NCBI GenBank assembly: GCA_039586795.1
Contig: JBDHJS010000001.1
Span: 48,507 to 112,506, forward strand
Direction of reading: 5' to 3'
DNA: 64,000 nt
Origin: Gemmatimonadota bacterium
GTDB lineage: Bacteria; Gemmatimonadota; Gemmatimonadetes; Palauibacterales; KS3-K002
The position numbers and the translations under genes are program-made. Under the pieces are notes generated by a model. It made no database searches. It worked only from the letters and a program-made list of their open reading frames with translations, and had not been told where the DNA came from. Shown here in pieces: positions 58,515 through 64,000 of the stretch. Numbering within the stretch: the stretch's first letter is position 1; the number at the start of each line of letters is the position of its first letter.

Positions 58515-59315
58515 CTAGAACAGATCCCGCCAGGAAGGGCGAGGAGCCTCGAGCGTTTCACCGTGCTCGAGTCGGTCGAGCAGGCCATCCAGGATCAGTC
58601 TCATCTTCTCCATCGAGCGGGAGTAACCTGCCCGGGCCAGCACAACCGAAGCCGCGAGCACAGCGGGCGCCGCAACCGCGGCGACGATTGGCAGCCCTGC
58701 TGCAAGGACCAGCGTCGTGCCGACTCCTCCAGCGGTGCTGACGCCAGCGGCGAATCCAAGACCCCAGAACCACCCCGACCTTTCGCTTCCGAGGTCGGCG
58801 ACCAGGGTCACCCGACACTCCTCTTCGCCCAGCGGTACGACCCGGACCTCGACGGCGCTGGAGTTCTTCGCCAGTTGGTACCCCCGCCCCTTGATGTCCA
58901 TGGAGCGAACCAACGACGCAAGGACGCCGGATTCCGGCTCCCAAAGCGAGCCAGTCTTGAGTCGTCGGACCAACCGCAGGCTCTCGTTGGCTCTGAAATG
59001 GTCTTCGAGCAATGTGAGCGTGTCGTCAGCAGATCTCGGCACGAGTCGACTGGAGCTAACCAGGGCCGGCCCACAGAGGCGCGAAGCCCAACCACGCTCC
59101 CTGAGCAACGCCTCCGTGTTGGCGTCCGCAAGGTGCTCGGCTAGAGCCTGTCGTACGTTACTCTCCGATAAGCCGACCTCACCGCCAATGCGGACGACAT
59201 CGTCCTCGGTGAGATCGAGCGCATCGCTTCCGTAGGCGGCTTCGAGCTCAGCCGCCCTACGTATGACAACCTCTAGGTCCTGTCGGTTCAGCCGTGAAGG
59301 AGTGAGCTCGTTCAT
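58515..59315 (-). CDS. hypothetical membrane protein co-transcribed with the stomatin-like gene
   Basis: Soluble N-domain followed by two C-terminal TM helices; 11-nt gap to the SPFH gene. Confidence 0.45.
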   Translation of the reverse strand: MNELTPSRLNRQDLEVVIRRAAELEAAYGSDALDLTEDDVVRIGGEVGLSESNVRQALAEHLADANTEALLRERGWASRLCGPALVSSSRLVPRSADDTLTLLEDHFRANESLRLVRRLKTGSLWEPESGVLASLVRSMDIKGRGYQLAKNSSAVEVRVVPLGEEECRVTLVADLGSERSGWFWGLGFAAGVSTAGGVGTTLVLAAGLPIVAAVAAPAVLAASVVLARAGYSRSMEKMRLILDGLLDRLEHGETLEAPRPSWRDLF

Positions 59316-59326
59316 GTGCGAAACCG

Positions 59327-60217
59327 CTACTCCTCCTTCTTCTTCTTCTTTTCGGCCTCGACTGTCTCACCCGCCGCTAGCATCCCCGGCAGATCGTTTG
59401 CCGATGGCAGCTCGGGCACTTCCTCCTCTTCCCCGACCTCTTCATCATCCAGTGCGGACTCGGCTGCTTTGTCCACAGCGCGCATGAGCGGCCGGAAGAG
59501 CTCCATGGGGATCGGGAACAGGGTGGTCGAGTTGTTCTCGGCGGCTATTTCCGATACGGTCTGGAGGAAGCGAAGCTGCAGAGAAGCCGGATCACCACTC
59601 ATGATCTTTGCCGCCTGCACGAGTTTCCTCGACGCCTGGAACTCGCCCATCGCGTTGACGACCTTGGCGCGTCGCTCGCGCTCGGCCTCAGCCTGCCTGG
59701 CCATGGCACGCTTCATCTCCTGCGGTAGATCGATGTCCTTGACTTCGACGGCCGTGACCTCGATGCCCCACATATCGGTTTGCTCATCGATGATCGTGCG
59801 CAGCATATCGTTGTACTTCTCCCGCTCGGCGAGCAGGTCATCGAGCTCGGCCTGGCCGATAACGGACCTCAGCGTTGTCTGGGCCAGCTGCGACGTGGCG
59901 AACAGAAAGTCTTCGACCTCGACAATCGCCTTAACCGGGACGTTGACCCGGAAGTAGAGCACCGCATTCACCTTCACTGACACGTTGTCACGGGTGATGA
60001 CATCCTGGGGAGGGATGTCCATGGCAACGATTCGCAGGCTGACCCGCTGCATCCGCTCGATACCAAACGGAACGAGAAAGATCAGGCCCGGCCCACGAGC
60101 GCTGCGAAGTCGGCCGAGACGAAAGACGACGCCTCGTTCGTATTCCCAGAGTATTCTCAAACTGGTGGCGAGCGCTGTCGCACCCGCAACCGCCAGTCCC
60201 GCCAGTAGAACCTCCAC
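59327..60217 (-). CDS. SPFH/band-7 (stomatin-like) protein
   Basis: N-terminal TM, SPFH domain ([34 protein letters not shown]), coiled coil, Lys/Glu tail. Confidence 0.8.
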   Translation of the reverse strand: MEVLLAGLAVAGATALATSLRILWEYERGVVFRLGRLRSARGPGLIFLVPFGIERMQRVSLRIVAMDIPPQDVITRDNVSVKVNAVLYFRVNVPVKAIVEVEDFLFATSQLAQTTLRSVIGQAELDDLLAEREKYNDMLRTIIDEQTDMWGIEVTAVEVKDIDLPQEMKRAMARQAEAERERRAKVVNAMGEFQASRKLVQAAKIMSGDPASLQLRFLQTVSEIAAENNSTTLFPIPMELFRPLMRAVDKAAESALDDEEVGEEEEVPELPSANDLPGMLAAGETVEAEKKKKKEE

Positions 60218-60426
60218 GGTGTTACCCCTCGGTTCAGATTCCCGAATGCCATGGCTGGCCTGGCCCGACGCCGGCCGGCCAGAGGCGTCAAACCGATGCC
60301 CAACCGGCCGGAACCGGGCGTCGGTGAACGCCTCAAACAGGTGCTATTTGCAGGCTAAAGTTAGCGGCTACGGAGAAGGTGCGCGAGCAGCGGCGGGGGG
60401 CTCGACAGGGTTGAGCAATAATGCGA

Positions 60427-60459
60427 ATCCCCCGGTTCTCGACCGAGAGTCCGGGGGAT
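60427..60459 (-). terminator. terminator hairpin downstream of the cytochrome c gene (ATCCCCCGG-N15-CCGGGGGAT)
   Basis: 9-bp GC-rich stem with inner CTCG/CGAG pairing, about 25 nt after the stop codon; also carries the CGAATCCCC motif. Confidence 0.5.
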
Positions 60460-60483
60460 CTACACCTAGCAGGAAGCTACTTC

Positions 60484-60930
60484 TTAGCCCTTCAGCGTCA
60501 GAACGTAGGCCGCTACCGCCCTAGCCTGGTCGTCTGTGATGCCGCTGCCGCCCTTGGGAGGCATCGGTGTCCCGGTGGAGGACGCGCTGGTATCTACACC
60601 GTTCATCACCGTCTGGACGATGCCCTCGAAGGAGCCGTCGCTGTGGAGCCACTCTTCGTCAGCGAGGTTGGCGCCGAGGTTCGCCACGCCCTCGCCCATG
60701 GCGCCGTGGCACGTGTAGCAGAGACCGGCGCCGGCGTAGATGTCCTTGCCCTGGTTCACCATTTCCATCGTGACGCCCTCAGGCAGGTCCACCTGCTGCT
60801 GCGCTTCGCTCGGGCTCGCTGCCGCGGGCGTCTCCGTCTCACCGGAGGCCGCCTGCTGGCTCTCGCCGCCACCGCAGCCAACCATGGCCACCAGCCCCAG
60901 GGCCGCGCCCAATGCCATCAACCTGCTCAT
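60484..60930 (-). CDS. class I c-type cytochrome lipoprotein
   Basis: Lipobox VAMVGC; CYTCH heme motif; distal Met (MPPKGG); start taken at the internal Met with GGAGGG RBS. Confidence 0.75.
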   Translation of the reverse strand: MSRLMALGAALGLVAMVGCGGGESQQAASGETETPAAASPSEAQQQVDLPEGVTMEMVNQGKDIYAGAGLCYTCHGAMGEGVANLGANLADEEWLHSDGSFEGIVQTVMNGVDTSASSTGTPMPPKGGSGITDDQARAVAAYVLTLKG

Positions 60931-61087
60931 GTTGCCCTCCATTTGGGTTGTAACTGCCGCTCGCTCTTGCCGATAGGTGGTCGGTTCTCTCCATAGCCCT
61001 CACGGGGCCCACGACCGCAGCGAGCCTGCATCTGAACTCGTTTGGTTGAGATTACGGGGCCGATAATACCCGAGGCATGGGGGCGCG

Positions 61088-61789
61088 TCAAGGCGAACCG
61101 ACGCTACGATCCTCACGCTGCCGTCCACATTCCGGGCAGAAGACCCAGGTCGGATCGAGCATGGCGCCGCAGCCCACGCACGTGCCGGGAACGACTCGGG
61201 CACCACAATACGGACAGTAGGATGAGCCGCCGGGAACCACGGCCGAACAGACAGGGCAGTTCACTGGCTCAGCCGTTTCATCCGGCAGGTGCTCGACCTC
61301 TTCGGGATCGGTCTCGTCCGGCTCGAGCTCGCCGATGCTAGATCCGCTGTCCGCGCCGGCACTCGCGTCCAGCGAGCCCTCGGCCGCTTCGGTCGTCGCC
61401 TCCACTAGCTCGACACGTTCTCTCACCTCGGGTGGCGCGTATCGTATGTGACCGGGCGGCGGAATAAGCGCCGGGTTGAGCGACACGCGCGCATCGGAGA
61501 ACGCACGGTAGCGTCGAATTTCAGGCAGCTTTGCTTCCAGCCCGACGCGCAGCTCCTCTTGCATAGCGCCGTCACCGTCCAGATACCCGCGCTCTCCAGA
61601 GAGCAGACGTGTGAGGGCGGCTTCATAGTCATCGTTGGAGCGGAGTCCAGCCGCGTCGCGGACCCGGCGGTACGGGATGAGCTGATCGCACAGTTCTGCT
61701 ACGCTGAGTGGATCGGTAAGCGCGGTCTGTCGGTCACTCCGCATGATCTCTACGAATTCAACATACAGGCGATCAAGGTCATCCATCAC
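61088..61789 (-). CDS. hypothetical protein with C-terminal double zinc ribbon
   Basis: Four CxxC pairs in the last 60 aa (CPVC, CPYCG, CVGCG, CPECG); acidic linker. Confidence 0.5.
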   Translation of the reverse strand: MMDDLDRLYVEFVEIMRSDRQTALTDPLSVAELCDQLIPYRRVRDAAGLRSNDDYEAALTRLLSGERGYLDGDGAMQEELRVGLEAKLPEIRRYRAFSDARVSLNPALIPPPGHIRYAPPEVRERVELVEATTEAAEGSLDASAGADSGSSIGELEPDETDPEEVEHLPDETAEPVNCPVCSAVVPGGSSYCPYCGARVVPGTCVGCGAMLDPTWVFCPECGRQREDRSVGSP

Positions 61790-61847
61790 GCCACCTCAGA
61801 GTAGGCGGTCGTAGCGTAGCGGCTTCCACAGACCACTCGTCACTGCC

Positions 61848-62939
61848 TCAAGGTCGCTCGAACACGTAGGCACTGTCCTCGTGTCGATTGCCGCTTGCGT
61901 CGCAGACGGCGAAGTTTCTTCCGGACCAGATGGCGGCCGCGCCGTAGTCGCCGTTCTTATTGACCGCATAGAAGTTGACGTTGAAGTTAGGTTTCCCGTC
62001 ATCGTTCAGAAGCCGCTTTTCAGTCGTGTAATGCACTATGCGCTCCAGAGCTTCCAAGCAGGCGTCTTTGGGATGCTTACCGCGTCTCATCTCCTCCACG
62101 ACCAACATCGATCCGCACGACTTTATCACAGCCTCGCCCCGGCCTGTCGAGCCTACGGCGCCGACATCGTTATCGACGTAGAGACCTGCCCCGATTATCG
62201 GGCTATCCCCAACGCGACCCGGTACCTTGAAAGCAAGCCCGGAGGTTGTCGTCACTCCTGAGATGTCTCCGTTAGCATCCACGGCGCAGCAATTGATCGT
62301 ACCGTAGTGCCTGCTCCCTTCCCAAGCATCAATGAGCCCGAACTCGGTCCACCCCTCCTCCGACTGGTCGGCTGTAAGATAGTCATCGTCGAGATTGAGG
62401 CTGGCGCGCCAGCTCAGCCACTCGCGTCGAGCGCGGTCGGTAAGCAGGTCTTCCTCTGTGAAACCGTACTCTCGGGCAAATCGCGCGGCGCCTGCGCCAA
62501 CAAGAAGCACGTGATCCGTGTACTTCATCACCGCCATGGCAATCTGAGCTGGATGCATGAAGCCCTCCAGCGAAGCCACCGCGCCGGCGCCCCGTGTGGG
62601 TCCGTGCATGACCGAAGAATCGAGCTGTACCACGCCTAACGCGTTGGGCAGGCCTCCATAGCCGACGGTCGTGTCTTCCGGATCCGCCTCGACCAATGCG
62701 ACACCCGAGACCACGGCGTCGAGCGTATCGCCTCCGTCGCGCAGAATCTCCATCGCGCGCTCGGTGGCCGGGAGTCCATTGCGGCTGGAGATAACCACGG
62801 GTCTCCCCTGGCCAGCCGTCGGCGTGGGTCGTGGCGCGTCCGCCTTGGCGGGCCTGGCACCGATGAGGTCCGCACCGAGGGCGCCCAGTCCGGCGAGCGC
62901 TCCGGCCTTCACGAAATCACGACGCGTACGTTCAGCCAT
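61848..62939 (-). CDS. Tat-exported asparaginase-2 family Ntn hydrolase (paralog of 34443..35537)
   Basis: Tat motif (RRDFVKAGALAGLGALGA); GTINCCAVDANGDISGVTTTSG and GAGLYVDNDVGAVGSTGRGE. Confidence 0.75.
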   Translation of the reverse strand: MAERTRRDFVKAGALAGLGALGADLIGARPAKADAPRPTPTAGQGRPVVISSRNGLPATERAMEILRDGGDTLDAVVSGVALVEADPEDTTVGYGGLPNALGVVQLDSSVMHGPTRGAGAVASLEGFMHPAQIAMAVMKYTDHVLLVGAGAARFAREYGFTEEDLLTDRARREWLSWRASLNLDDDYLTADQSEEGWTEFGLIDAWEGSRHYGTINCCAVDANGDISGVTTTSGLAFKVPGRVGDSPIIGAGLYVDNDVGAVGSTGRGEAVIKSCGSMLVVEEMRRGKHPKDACLEALERIVHYTTEKRLLNDDGKPNFNVNFYAVNKNGDYGAAAIWSGRNFAVCDASGNRHEDSAYVFERP

Positions 62940-63011
62940 GTCTCCAATGCCTCCGAATACCGCAGTGGTTGTGTACGAGCTCGGGCGGACGGATCACCCG
63001 TGGGAGGTGGG

Positions 63012-64000
63012 TCAGGTTGGCCCGGGACCGTCCGCCGTTCTCACCAGGCGAACCGACCTGACGCGACGCTCATCAACGCGATCGACGACGAGCCTGGCGC
63101 CTGGCACCTGTACGGCATCGCCGTGCTTGGGGACGTGTCCCAGCTCGCCGAGAATGAAGCCGCCGAGTGTGTCATATTCCTCTTCCGGCAGCTCGAGACC
63201 GAATTGTTCGTTCACCTCGTCCAGCGGAACGCCGCCGTCGATCAACGGCTCACCGCGTGGTGTGGTGCTGAACATGGGCCGCGCGACATCATGTTCGTCA
63301 TAGATCTCGCCGACGATCTCTTCGATCAGATCTTCAAGTGTCACGAGGCCATCTGTGCCGCCGAACTCGTCGACGACGATAGCCATGTGAATCTTGAGCC
63401 GTAGGAACTCAGCGAGCAGATCGTCAACCGGCTTCGAATCGGGTACGAAGTAGGGTTCCCGCATGATCCGTGTAGCGTCGAAATCGGCCACATCACCGGA
63501 CGCAGCAAGCTGCAACAGATCTTTCACCAGCGCGACTCCGACGACGCTATCCAGACTTTCTTCGTAGACCGGCAGACGTGAGAAGCCGGATCGGTTCATG
63601 GTGGCGATCAACTCGTCGAACCCAACATCAGACGGAACCGCCACGATGTCGGGGCGCGGAGTCATCACTTCTCGCGCGATCGTCCGGGTCAAATCGAACA
63701 CGCCGGAGATCATCTCTTTTTCCTCGACATCGACGACACCGTGCTCCTCGCTGCGGCGGACGAGCATGACGATCTCTTCCGGCTTGTGCACCATCTCGGC
63801 CTCGGAAGGGAGCCGAACGCCGAGGAATTTCAGCAAGCCGTTGGCGGATTCGTTGATCCACCAGATGAGCGGACTCAGCAGTCGGGTGAACCAGATCAGC
63901 GGGCTAGCCAGCCATCGCGCGACTTGTTCGGGGTGGAAGATGGCGAGGGCCTTGGGCGCCACTTCTCCGAGCACGACGTGCAGGTAGGTGATGATCGTGA
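63012..64000 (-). CDS. HlyC/CorC (CNNM) family transporter, 5' end truncated at the window edge
   Basis: DUF21 C-terminal part, CBS pair, CorC_HlyC domain; the reading frame continues past 64000 (ITYLHVVLGEVAPK). Confidence 0.8.
   Translation of the reverse strand, partial: TIITYLHVVLGEVAPKALAIFHPEQVARWLASPLIWFTRLLSPLIWWINESANGLLKFLGVRLPSEAEMVHKPEEIVMLVRRSEEHGVVDVEEKEMISGVFDLTRTIAREVMTPRPDIVAVPSDVGFDELIATMNRSGFSRLPVYEESLDSVVGVALVKDLLQLAASGDVADFDATRIMREPYFVPDSKPVDDLLAEFLRLKIHMAIVVDEFGGTDGLVTLEDLIEEIVGEIYDEHDVARPMFSTTPRGEPLIDGGVPLDEVNEQFGLELPEEEYDTLGGFILGELGHVPKHGDAVQVPGARLVVDRVDERRVRSVRLVRTADGPGPT

Overview
This is a high-GC (~65-70%) bacterial chromosomal segment that looks like core genome with embedded metal-resistance and redox islands. 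It has no rRNA or tRNA genes, no CRISPR array, and no transposase, integrase or other mobile-element genes; the taxon is unclear, with a Gemmatimonadota- or Acidobacteriota-like organism as a tentative guess.

What it contains, minus-strand runs first:
- An ars operon at 171-2666: arsR, an ACR3 arsenite pump, a thioredoxin-like::ArsC fusion and an extra small thioredoxin.
- A long minus-strand run at 2749-13660: csoR, a Met/His-rich Spy/CpxP-like periplasmic protein, a copA P1B-ATPase, a membrane metallophosphoesterase, two membrane Ser/Thr kinases (one with a huge TPR ectodomain) and an M14 carboxypeptidase.
- A further minus-strand run: a diheme cytochrome c, a CDP-alcohol phosphatidyltransferase, an SDR epimerase, a NUDIX hydrolase and a futalosine-pathway MqnA-family gene.
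- A molybdenum-cofactor accessory cluster (bfr, xdhC N-domain, xdhC, mocA, an unknown 276-aa protein) and an FprA-type ferredoxin reductase.
- Two tandem ECF sigma/anti-sigma modules, a giant PD40/Omp85-like outer membrane protein, the recF-DUF721-gyrB block, a stomatin operon, a class I cytochrome c, a double-zinc-ribbon protein, a second asparaginase-2 paralog and a CorC/HlyC transporter truncated at the window edge.

On the plus strand:
- mlaD, rho and gyrA, a lipoprotein and an aldo-keto reductase.
- A secreted M24 peptidase, a strictosidine-synthase-like protein and a Tat-exported asparaginase-2.
- An FmdB zinc-ribbon gene preceded by an AT-rich island, two paralogous ~120-140-aa proteins of unknown function, and a small-large-medium xanthine-dehydrogenase-family molybdoenzyme.
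- A GCS2 ligase fused to a CBS pair, translationally coupled to an AstE/AspA-family deacylase, and a TrkA/RCK potassium-channel-like protein.

Most interesting observations:
1. The molybdoenzyme medium subunit carries a Cys-x16-Cys-x8-Cys-x9-Cys insertion that matches, as far as I recall, the [4Fe-4S] loop of 4-hydroxybenzoyl-CoA reductase HcrB. Together with the hcrCAB-like gene order and the upstream regulator-like proteins, this suggests a 4-HBCR-like or novel Fe-S-containing XDH-family enzyme.
2. GyrB carries an N-terminal Lys/Ala-rich histone-H1-like tail.
3. A family of G-rich GTAG(G)-repeat elements sits immediately 3' of stop codons in four places, including a ~40-bp inverted-repeat pair flanking the rho/PRT bidirectional terminator.
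4. A dispersed CGAATCCCC/GGGGATTCG repeat element occurs in at least four intergenic sites.
5. The GCS2-CBS plus deacylase two-gene module is unusual.
6. The kinase-kinase-phosphoesterase module is hard-wired to copA by a 4-nt overlap.
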